A stretch of 63,648 nt of DNA, counting the filler, from Reclinomonas americana ATCC 50394 (taxonomy: Eukaryota): NCBI GenBank assembly GCA_048213135.1. It is 4 parts of 4 records of this genome, joined end to end, with 100 filler letters (N's around TTAATTAATTAA, not from the genome) between each part and the next. Parts side by side here need not be neighbours in the genome. Positions count along the whole stretch, not along the records: positions 51,955 to 62,282 come from PS015887.1; positions 62,383 to 63,648 come from PS015892.1; 2 more parts are not named here. One strand, given 5' to 3'. The notes beneath the pieces were generated by a model. That model saw only the letters and a program-made list of their open reading frames with translations. It had not been told where the DNA came from and searched no databases. Position numbers and translations under genes: made by a program. Of this stretch, positions 53,811 to 63,648 are shown piece after piece (the first letter of the stretch is position 1; each line of letters begins with the position of its first letter).

Positions 53811-55504
53811 TGTGTGTCATGCATGCACGACTGCTTGCCTGTCGAGTCACTGACAAGTCCTTCGTCTTCCAACTCCTGCTGCGGGTGTGAGTCTGGAGGG
53901 AAGCTGTCAGCGGCTGAGGCGGTGTTTCGCATCGTTGGTGGGCGTCGAGACGATGAAGACGACGATGACGACGATGACGATGACGACGATGAAGACGAGG
54001 GGACGTTCATGGTCGACACCGACATGATGCCCTTTCCTCACAACTCACACACACACACACACACACAGGCAGCAAGTGCGTGGTCGAACTCTCGCCCCTC
54101 TCTTCTCCGTGAGAGTGAGGATGTCGGAGTTTGGGGTACGTAGCCGTTTGTGTCGGGCTCGGTTTTCGCGTGAAGGCAGGTTGAAGACGATCGGCACTCT
54201 TCGTAGTTTGTAAGCTATGTGCTGCGCTGCGCAGTGACGTTGTCTGCAGAAGAGACCGTGTGACGCAGAGAGAGTGAGTGAGCTCGAGAGATGTCGGACA
54301 AGACAATGCGCACTTGCACTGGTATTGATATCCTTGAAGAACAGCTGTACAGAGTTCGGGGCAGGCCAGATGTCAACACAGTCATTGATCTGTCGGGCAC
54401 CGTCAGCAGCAGGCTTCTCTCACAGATATCGATGTACGTGTTTCAGCTCTTGAATTTGAAGTTCGAAAACTGCAGAGTTACGTGCACTTTCTATACACGT
54501 GCACGACAAAATTCATTCACCAACAATCAAGCAACAGCTGTCTTGATGACCAAGTTCAACCGGATCCAAAACATCAACGCAAGAAACCAGTCTTGAGGCA
54601 GCAGCAGGTTCCTTGTGTGTGTGTTCGCTCTCGGAGCTTCGAACGAGTCGAGAACTGCGATCGTCACTGCAGAGAAGCGTGGTTGAACAGTGGCTTTGAC
54701 GCACTTTCATAGACGCTGCGCATAGCGTTTCTGCAATCGTACACGGCACATCAAATTCGTGAAAAGGCCATTGTCCTTCGATGTCGAATTTCCTTCCCTC
54801 CTTCATGCACTGCACCAGTCGCCGCCGTAGGTTGCTAGAATCCACAGCATGTGGGAGACGTCCACTGAAAGATCCTTGGCGGCAGAGTACACGCAGTTGT
54901 ACATTGCAAATGCATGTTCGGATTTTGAAAGAAATGGCCCGCGATCGGAGCTCGTGCCTCGACTGCTTGCTTCGTGTCGCACTTCAGCTCGTCATCTTAT
55001 GCTGCGTTGCACGTGGGGGGTGCAGGGCCCTCTGGTCAACGGACAGCAGCGATTGCGCGATCGCGACTCGCAATTGCGAGTATCGTTGGACAACAAGAAC
55101 CAGATTCCGTGAACACCCCAGACATGTGCACCATCATGCATCAAATGCAGGCTCTCGACGCTGTGAACGGCAACACTCACAAACCACGATACTGCGTGCA
55201 AGCTATTTCGGTCTTGTTGTCCTTTTTGTCGCATTTGTTGTTTGCGTTCACTCTCGGAGAGGAGATGAGGCGCTCGACTCGTGAGTGCATCCTCGCGCCC
55301 CTACCGATGCCATGTCATCTCACCGCTCGCGCACACACACACGCAGTGTCCTCCGATTCCCCCAGCTCGCACTCGCCTGTTGACGCTTCTCCCCAGCCAC
55401 TCTGTGCATCGCGTCATCTTCAGCAATCTCCCACTTCATCCTCCTCTCCCCCATCATCGCGTCATCTCTACTACTCTGCCCAATCGTTCCTCGATTCTCC
55501 GGCA

Positions 55505-57235
55505 ATGTCCGGCGCCGCCGCCGCCGCCGCCGCCTCCGCTGTCGCCGCCGCCTCCGCCGCCGCCCCTCGTGGCCAGCAGACACTTGCCTCGTCACCGCAG
55601 GCACCAACAACCCGTCGCCATACCTCTCCACCACAGTCTGCGGCCGCCGCCAACCGATCCTTGTCTCCTGTTGCCGGTGCGCGTCGCGTCGAACCGGTGG
55701 TCTACACTCGCGCAGAGGACGAGCGACTCGTCGACCTGGTGGTGCGTCACAATGGCGGCGTCTACTACGATTCGGAAACCAGGCGGCGCTATGCGCGCGC
55801 GCCATACGAGCGGAGCGCGTACTTGTCGAGGGACCCGAATTTCAACAGCTACGCAGAGTTCTGGCGAGGCTTTCTCGCGACGCACCGGACCTGGATTGTG
55901 GCGCCAGAGGTGTACCAGGCGTCGAATGGGTCGAGCAAGTCGCCGAGGTTGTCGAGCCTGGAGTCGTCGCCGCCACCACGTGGTCCCCCTGATCATGAAA
56001 TGGGTATGTATGGCAGTGCTTGTTCCCTTCTTGCTTCTCACTGCCTCTCACCATTCCTCATGCATGCAGCTTCCCCCGCCGACTCTCCCCGCTCGCAGTC
56101 GCCAGACGACGATCAAGGGCTTCGCCGTCTGACACCCCATTGCCAGCTGGCGTCGTCATCGTACGACTCTCCCACCGCGTCGCCGCGGCCGGCGATGTGT
56201 GCGGCTGCTCGCGCCCAGCCATCTGCGGCCGCTCGCTGCGCTTCTCCGCCACAGTCTCCTGCGATGGAGTGCACGCCTCGAGCTCGCGATGAACCAGTGG
56301 TCCTCAGCCGCGCCGAAGACGAGAGGCTTACGAAGCTCGTGCTTCGTCACAACGGCGCCATCTCTTATGATCCGGAAACGGGGAGACGCTCTGCGCTATC
56401 AGCATCTGAGCGAGGCCCAAAGATTAACATGGACTACCACTACAAGTTTTGGAGAGAGTTTCACAAGACCCACCGGACCTGGATTGTGCCACCGGACGTG
56501 GAGAAAGCATGGCGTGTTCCTGGTGGGCCCATCTGGCTGCCGAGCCCGGATGCGTCGCCGGAGCGGTCGCCACGTTCGCCTGTGGATGACACGCCCGATT
56601 GCGGCCTCGGTATGTTGTTGCCGTTGCCTTTTGTTTGTGAGTGGTCTTCACCCTCCTCTCACGTTGTTGCCTTCTCTGCAGTGTTCTCCGCCGCGGGAAA
56701 TTCTCCCCGCTCGCCACCGGTGAAGTCTGCTGCCGCCGATCGACAGCAGTCTGCGTACGCCACTCCCATGACCACCCATCGTCAACAAACATCGTTTGAG
56801 TCTCCCACCGCCTCGCCGGCGATGTGTGCTGCTGCTCGCACTCGCCCACCCGCAGCCACTCGCTGCGCTTCTCCGCCACAGTCTCCCGCCGCTGCCGCCA
56901 CCGGGTCGCCGGTGAGCGACCGACGTCCCGGTGAACCAGTTGTCCTCAGCCGCGCCGAAGACGAGAGGCTTACGAAGCTCGTGCTTCGTCACAACGGCGC
57001 CATCTCTTATGATCCGGAAACGGGGAGACGATTGGTGCACGCGGCCTACGAGCTGAGCCCCCAGATTAACATGAACTACCACTATGAGTTCTGGGGGGAG
57101 TTTCTCAGAACGCACCGGACCTGGATTATGCCACCGGATGTGTACAGAGCGTCGCATCCACCCGGTGGGCCCATCTGGCTGCCGAGTCCGGATGCGTCGC
57201 CGGAGCGGTCGCCGCACGCTGCCCACGATGCTTGA
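55505..57235 (+). CDS. Ser/Pro-rich protein with three tandem Myb/Rap1-like repeats
   Basis: Three copies of EPVV(Y/L)(T/S)RAEDERL..LV.RHNG...YD.ET.RR...FW..F..THRTWI. Introns at 56004-56069 and 56610-56681. Confidence 0.7.
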   Translation: MSGAAAAAAASAVAAASAAAPRGQQTLASSPQAPTTRRHTSPPQSAAAANRSLSPVAGARRVEPVVYTRAEDERLVDLVVRHNGGVYYDSETRRRYARAPYERSAYLSRDPNFNSYAEFWRGFLATHRTWIVAPEVYQASNGSSKSPRLSSLESSPPPRGPPDHEMGMYGSACSLLASHCLSPFLMHAASPADSPRSQSPDDDQGLRRLTPHCQLASSSYDSPTASPRPAMCAAARAQPSAAARCASPPQSPAMECTPRARDEPVVLSRAEDERLTKLVLRHNGAISYDPETGRRSALSASERGPKINMDYHYKFWREFHKTHRTWIVPPDVEKAWRVPGGPIWLPSPDASPERSPRSPVDDTPDCGLGMLLPLPFVCEWSSPSSHVVAFSAVFSAAGNSPRSPPVKSAAADRQQSAYATPMTTHRQQTSFESPTASPAMCAAARTRPPAATRCASPPQSPAAAATGSPVSDRRPGEPVVLSRAEDERLTKLVLRHNGAISYDPETGRRLVHAAYELSPQINMNYHYEFWGEFLRTHRTWIMPPDVYRASHPPGGPIWLPSPDASPERSPHAAHDA

Positions 57236-57495
57236 AAACAGAAGTTCACTTGGGCTGTACATGTAGAAGAGAAGGATCCGAAGTGTTTAGATAGAGCTCA
57301 GAATAAATATGAAGAACATGCGCTGAAGAACTCCGAGGCAGAGTGTCTGCAGTAGATGTGTACCCTCTTTGACACAGCGATGATGGCGAGTTGCACACGA
57401 GAGAGTGGTGCATGGTGCTGTTGATGAGTCCACTGCGCAGCACTGCGCGAGCACTAGTACTGCTGGTGGTGGGTCTACAGTACGCTGCGTTTGTG

Positions 57496-58548
57496 ATGAC
57501 GGAAGAACGCACGCGCGACGGCGACGACCTCTTCTCTCGCCTTCCGTGCGACGTGATCGTCTACTCGCTCATGCCCATTCTCGGTGTCAGAGTGGGCACA
57601 CACGGACTCTGGCGCGTCTCCACCACGTTTTGTCAGCTGTGGGAGGCGGCCTTTGCGCTCATTCCCTCGCCCATCGCCTGCATAGTGTGCGACCAGCAGG
57701 AGGGCAAGACGCTGGCCGACATGATGCAAGGCGAGTCGGCGTGGTGCGCCGGTCACGAGTGCCCGGCCAACCCTTGCTGCCTCGCGATCGAGAATTCGAA
57801 GTACAGCGGACCTAGATGGCTCACACAGAGACGGATGGAGAGCGTATGCCTCGGCCAAGCACGTGGTGGCATCCGCACCGATGCGGAAAGGGCTGCAATG
57901 GCGGTCCTGGACCCTCCGCAACAGTGCTGCGTCGTGCGAGCCTGCCGCCAGTGCGTGGAGCAACGTCAACTCTCGACTGCCGGAGGAGGATCCGGATCCG
58001 AAGACTTCGTGCAGCTGCTGCAGCGGCGGAGGGAGGGTCGATATCCTCCGGATCCGGAGCCGTTCGCGTATTCAAGACGTACTACGCGTGATGAGATCCG
58101 TATACGTAGCCTTCTGGTGACGTGCGTCGACTGCGGAAGACAGAGCTGTGGAGGGTATGCCCGCCGTCATTGGCGCTTAGGACCGCAGCCGGATCGACAT
58201 CGCAGAGGACAGTATCTGGATCTGGATCCATGGTACTGCGATCATGGGTGTGTGCAGCGCTTGTACGATTGCGAATCGTGTGGGTGCCTGTATATCGACA
58301 TGTACAGCAGACTTGTGGTCGGCTACTGCGTTGGATGCGACAAGCCTCTGTGCAGCAACTGCACCGCAAGAAAGCGGTGGGACTTGTGCAGCAAGTGCCC
58401 CTCCACTGACGATGAGGATCCGGAGCCGGACCCGGAGGAGTACGACGAATCCGGTTCTGCGACCGGATCCGACGGTGTCGACGACGGCAGCACTGCTGAT
58501 CCGGACGCCGACCCTGCGTCACTCAGCGACGAAGAAGATGAGGCCTAG
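57496..58548 (+). CDS. Intronless F-box-like protein with Cys-rich (CxxC) C-terminal region and acidic tail
   Basis: N-terminal LFSRLPCDVIVYSLMPILG...LWRVSTTFCQL resembles an F-box. Multiple CxxC pairs (CVDC, CESC, CVGC, CSNC, CSKC). Confidence 0.6.
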   Translation: MTEERTRDGDDLFSRLPCDVIVYSLMPILGVRVGTHGLWRVSTTFCQLWEAAFALIPSPIACIVCDQQEGKTLADMMQGESAWCAGHECPANPCCLAIENSKYSGPRWLTQRRMESVCLGQARGGIRTDAERAAMAVLDPPQQCCVVRACRQCVEQRQLSTAGGGSGSEDFVQLLQRRREGRYPPDPEPFAYSRRTTRDEIRIRSLLVTCVDCGRQSCGGYARRHWRLGPQPDRHRRGQYLDLDPWYCDHGCVQRLYDCESCGCLYIDMYSRLVVGYCVGCDKPLCSNCTARKRWDLCSKCPSTDDEDPEPDPEEYDESGSATGSDGVDDGSTADPDADPASLSDEEDEA

Positions 58549-58692
58549 AGTAGTGATACCGGAGCAGAGTCAACATACGTGTGTTGAGAATTCTAGAACA
58601 ACACAGCATGCAACGATTGATATCGGTCGTGTACGAGTGAAAAGATCGGCAGTGACTGCACTTTAATATGATCGGTGGGCCGCTGTGTGCAG

Positions 58693-60754
58693 TCAGCGGG
58701 TCTCCTCCATCAGTGCCCGCTCCAATCGCACCCTTGCATCCTCCTTCATAAACGCCTCCATCACAATCCACGGCAGCGGCACGCGCGATGCTGGCGACTG
58801 TTCTTCTTCGTCCGGAGTCGCGATCGTATCCAAATCCACCGTCATGATCGCCGCCTCCGTGGTCCGCTCGTCCTCCTCCTTGTCCACCAGCATCAACGAC
58901 GACAGCTGCTGCAACGCATCGGCCGCACGCGATGCTGCGGTGTACTCGACGTGGGCGCGGATCCAAGGTCGTGCCCACATCTGCACCACGACGGCCAGAG
59001 GATAATCCGACGTCCCACAGCCAACAGTCATCTGCCGATGCAATAGTACCGCCGTGAAGATGCGCGATCCATCTGGTGTGATGGCAAACGCGCGCAAACA
59101 CTGGTGTTGACGACTGCTGGATTCAACTGCTGTTGCCATTGCCTCGTCCACAACTTGGTGGTGGCGGTGACGATCCGATGTCGGCAGCTGCACACGATGT
59201 TGACCAGAATGCCGCGTATCCAACACAAACTCCAGCTCGCCAGTGCGAAGCGAATGGCCGTGGAGCGTGGTTTCAGTGGCTCCACACCGCAACCACATGT
59301 CATTGTGCAGTATGGATCGCGGTGAGTAGAACACTCGGGAGTTGGAGACAGTCATTGGACGGGTGCACACGGTGTGCGGCTGGCAGTCGACATGCCGTGT
59401 CACCGCCTCCACGTCCATTGTGTCGAGCTCGTTGAATCCAGCAGAGTAGTGCACGGCGTACCTGCCATCGCACGTATACTCCTTGAAGCACCTGCCGTCG
59501 TCGTTCCCGTCTTCGTCCACGTCACTGACTTGATCGTCGAGCGCGAGAGCAGCCATCTGCGATCGTCTCCATACCGACATCTCGAACGAGTGGTGGTCGT
59601 CGAAGACGGCGTTGGCGTAGCACTGGACTGGCTGCACAAACTCACGACCTCCCTCGTCCTCGAACACATCGCACATGTGCTCGCCGCTCGCGAGCGAGTA
59701 CCGATGGCGGTGGTATCGCAGGCGAGGCTTCTCGACATCAACAGGCTGCCCGAGTGGCTCCCACGAAGCAATCCAATTGGTGTTCTCGAACCACACCAGC
59801 AAGTGCTCGCCGTCGTCGGGATCGATGGCCACATATTTCGGCGGGCGACCGAGCTCATCGGCGAGCACGCAGCGGGCAATCTCGACGCCACCACCACCGC
59901 TGTCGTCGACTGAGAGCACGTGCATGCTGATGTCGGCTTCCACTCGAGGTTGCAGTGGTATGTCCTGAGTCTGGCTCTCCCTGTCCAGCGTCACGTACAC
60001 AATGCGGCTACCGTCTGGTGTCAGCATCACTGACGCCGCAAGGCGGCAGTGCAAATTGACAGAGCACACCACTCGTGTCGGATCGTCCACCGGTCGCACG
60101 TCCACCACCACTGCCGCGTCAAAGTCTGGCAGGCCGTACGAGTAGTCGCCCTGGATGTCGGCCCTCGGGCGATAGATCTGCTCTCTGGTTCCAATGTGCC
60201 GTACCATGCACAGGCGTGTGGCTGAAGCAGTGAGCTGCACGTGGCGAATGGCGGTGGGCACCTCCACAGTCGCAAGCCTCTTGCTGGGATCGGCATTTGC
60301 ACTTGGATACCACTTCTCCACCGGCACCTCCGTCATGGCGCCCGCTGGCAACCTCTCCATGAAGCTTCGCACGCACACAAAGGGCACCGAGCTGCGCAGA
60401 TAGGAGAGCACATGAGCAGGCAACTAGAAAGAAGGATCGCAGCGAGAAGGCAAGCGCTCACCAATTGTCGACCGCAGTCGCGACACTGATGGGAATGCGG
60501 AAATCGAAATCGGCGGCCACCTCCGCCACATCCGCGAGGCCACTCACTGGAGTTGCAGACACGATGCTCACGTTCACAGAGCACGGATGCAGATAGCCAT
60601 CTGCATCGCGCTCTGTCGCCGGTGCAGTAGCGTCGAGTTTCCGACGCACATCATTCATCACTTCGCCAATCGTGACACTAGAGAAGCAGCCGACGTGAAT
60701 CACCCAGCTGCGATCGGAGGTGGCCATCTCCATTGCCAAGTACATGTCGCTCAT
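58693..60754 (-). CDS. Hypothetical protein, probable divergent beta-propeller
   Basis: Long ORF (576 aa) plus an upstream exon. Blade-like motifs LTPDGSRIVYV, AIDPDDGEHLLVW, AITPDGSRIFTA. Confidence 0.6.
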
Positions 60755-61416
60755 GCAAAAGTCCGTGAACTGATGATAATACGAAACGCACACGCAGAGA
60801 AGTGAGAGATAAGAGAGATTGATCACATTGAGTGGCTTCGAACACACAATCGACACACACCTTGGGTTTCTTGCAGCGGCCGCCGTCGGGGCGCTCAATG
60901 ATGCGCACATTGGCTTCACGCATGTTGGGAGCCGCACCCATGGTTGCGACTGCTCACACACAGACACGGAATGATACTGGTGAAATCAGACGACGTATAT
61001 AGTGTACATGACAGGACAACAATTAGAAATTGAGGTGAGCAATCCTCCCACTCTGCTGCATCAGTGAAGAGCACCAGAACGATAAAGGAAAGTGAAGAAA
61101 GAGCTCCTGCTCGAAATTCATTCACGTAAAGTTGTGGACACGATAATTACAAAGGTTGGGTGAAGAACGCGGAGGAGACAGGTGTTGTCGCTGACACACA
61201 CCCACACGAATTGCCGAGTGGGGCGAACGACACGTGGTGCACCAATGGCACTGAAGAAATACACAGTGTGTACAGACGCTTAAACAGGGAGGGGGGGCAC
61301 ACAGCGGTACAGAAAAACACAATCAAGGGGAGGGGGACGGAGAAACAAAGGAAAACGCCGACTGAATGTAAACATCCAAGCTAAAGAAGAACACAACATG
61401 CGATACGGAAGCATGT

Positions 61417-62282
61417 TCACCACCACTCGGCAAACGGACCGGTTGGCGGGGAGGCGGGTGGTACGGGTGCCATGGCGCCCGTGGTCAGGGTGGTGGTCGA
61501 ACTGGACTCGACAAAGCACACCGACGCCAGATTGCCAGACGACGACGAAAAGTGGCGCTGGTGGTGATGGTGGTGGTGGTGCTGAATGATGTGCCCAGCT
61601 GACGACGACGACGACGACGACGACAGCGACACCTGCGTCTGCTGGATCATGTGCTGCGACTGCGACTGCGATTGCTGCTGGAGGCCCTGCTGCTGCGGTT
61701 GCTGCTGCTGCTGCTGCTGCTGCTGATGGTGGTGGTGGTGGTTGGAAGGACTGAAGGGCGCCGCGAACGACGTCACTTGCAGTTCTTCACCAGTCTCCTC
61801 GTCAAACAGGCGCAGCGTGCCAGTTCCCGACCCCGATACGCCCGAATGCGAGTCGATCGACGAGTGACGGTGATGGCCATCGCCGCGTGGAGTAGGTGGC
61901 GGAGGCGGACCGCACAGTGCAGTGGGCGGATCGCCACCCGGCTGCCACTGCGACGATGCACAGTGTCGCTTGGTTGCAGGCGACGGCGGACGGACGTCAC
62001 CGTCGTGCAACGAGCCAATCATTACCGAATCTTGCACGAGGTCGCCGACAGAGCCCGACAGGTGGCGCAGCAGTTGGTGACTGTTGCCGTGCAAGTGGTG
62101 CACAAGGTGCGACAGGTCGCTGCTGTCGTGCGACAACGAGAGCTGCTGCGGGTGATGGTGGTGGTGATCACCGAAAAAGTGGACGGCAGTGCGCAGCAAC
62201 TCGTCGTCGCGCTCGTGCACCTCACTCGACGATGCCGCCACCAGTGGGAAGGCTTGGTGATGCTGCTGCTGCTGCTGCTGCT
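61417..62282 (-). CDS. 3' part of a Gln/His/Ser-rich low-complexity protein
   Basis: Open frame from the linker to ...PPTGPFAEWW*; poly-Q and poly-H tracts. Confidence 0.55.
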
Positions 62283-62382
62283 NNNNNNNNNNNNNNNNNN
62301 NNNNNNNNNNNNNNNNNNNNNNNNNNTTAATTAATTAANNNNNNNNNNNNNNNNNNNNNNNNNNNNNNNNNNNNNNNNNNNN
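62283..62382. other. Artificial assembly linker
   Basis: 44 N + TTAATTAATTAA + 44 N. Confidence 0.95.
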
Positions 62383-62484
62383 CGGTGGAGCCCGACAACA
62401 CATGCTGCCCATCGCGCGTGAATCCAATGCAGCACATGGCATCGCTATGACCCGCATGCCGACACAGTTCTCGCACTGCTGCCC

Positions 62485-62534
<50 letters not shown>

Positions 62535-62740
62535 ATTGGCACCAGCAAGCGGCCGGTCATTGGCCGCAGCATGGGCGACGCGGTGACCACCACCGGCGGC
62601 ACCAAGGGTCCATATGCAGGAGACTCGCTGGCACTGGCCGCAGCTGCTGAGTGAGCAGTCATGGTGGTGCTGTGAGAGGCCGACGCCGAGGTCGGCAGCG
62701 AAAACGAGGTGCCCGCATCGCCTAGCTCACTGACGTCCAT
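62383..62740 (-). CDS. 5' part of a WD40-repeat protein with poly-Q leader
   Basis: GHSDAMCCIGFTRDGQHVLSGS is a WD40 repeat start, truncated by the linker. May be the same gene as 61417-62282. Confidence 0.6.
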
Positions 62741-63648
62741 CGGTATGTGCACGCCGCTGTGCAAAGAGAGAAGAGAGAGAGGGAAATGCGTCAGCAATGA
62801 TGTTCCAATACGATTGTGATTGTTGCAATGCACTCTCTCTTTCTCTCTCACACACACACGCACACACGCACACACACGTGTGCATCAATGTGCGCGCGCG
62901 TGTGTGTGTGCAAGTCACGCACACACTTAGACGCAGTTTTGTTACACGCACACACGCACACACGCACACTAACCAAACAGACACGCGCACTCTCAGCACA
63001 CGTTACGAGGAAAGAAGCGCGTGAGTCACACGCACAACGAGCGGAAGAGCGCGCGCACACAAGAGCGTGTGTGTGTCGTAAAAAGTGTATGTGTGAAAAG
63101 ACACACAATTGAAAATTGCTTTGTCTCACACTTACTCACACACACAAACGAAGGTAACACGCACAGTGTCTCTTTCTCTTTCTTTCTCTTTGTGTGCGTG
63201 TCTCACTCACCGACGTCGATGAGGTCGTCGCGGTTGTTTGTTATCTTTCGCGGGCTTTTTCCGCGCGTTGCTTGTCACAGGCACGTTTGCTTGCATTCCG
63301 CTTTTTGTTGACACACAAGACAGAGAGAGATAGAGAGAAGAAAAGCTCACACAACTGGAGAATAAACACACGCGCTTGCTCCTCTCTCTGTCGTGAAAAT
63401 AAACAAGAAGAGTGTGCGTCTGTGTGCGCAAAACGCACTCTGCGCACCCTCTCTCTCACACTCTGTCTTTTCCTGTGTGTGTGTGTGTGTGTGTGTCCCT
63501 CTCTCACTCTCTCTCCCTCTCCCGCTCGCTCTCTCTCTCCCACTCACTCTCTCTCTCTCTCTCTCTCCCACTCACTCTCTCTCTCTCTCTTCTCTCTCTC
63601 TTTCACTCTCTCACTCTCTCTCTCTCTCAGACAGAGATGGACGATGAC

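Noticed and set aside
54325..54340. ATATCCTT on the + strand as a second U12 donor
   Set aside because: No supported + strand gene, branch point or AC acceptor context.

Overview
Gene-dense, intron-rich (mostly ~55-110 nt introns) genomic scaffold of a flagellated microbial eukaryote. It has CA/GA microsatellites, three plain N gaps and three artificial N-TTAATTAATTAA-N linkers. Recognisable genes: condensin I subunit CAP-D2, cystathionine gamma-lyase, a DCAF8-like WD40 protein, a secreted GH3 glycosidase with an inserted PAN/Apple domain, TPR and TPR-SET (SMYD-like) proteins, a CFAP46-like 5' end, IQCA1/DRC11, a SHIPPO-repeat-like protein, MPDU1, a Skp1-like protein, a Tctex-1 dynein light chain, a class-3 lipase, a triple Myb-like repeat protein and an F-box protein. 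Highlights not visible in the ORF track: (1) a small spliced CxxU selenoprotein whose UGA sits in a 17-nt microexon, with an atypical SECIS candidate; (2) a major class of one-base-shifted 5' splice sites (GT-T-GCG/GAG/ACG); (3) a U12-type AT-AC intron in MPDU1; (4) a ~15 kb block bracketed by a ~2 kb direct duplication whose copies hold complementary intact and broken genes; (5) a TIR element inserted at a TA within a palindrome. All gene models were spliced by eye, and family calls rest on recalled motifs, not database searches.
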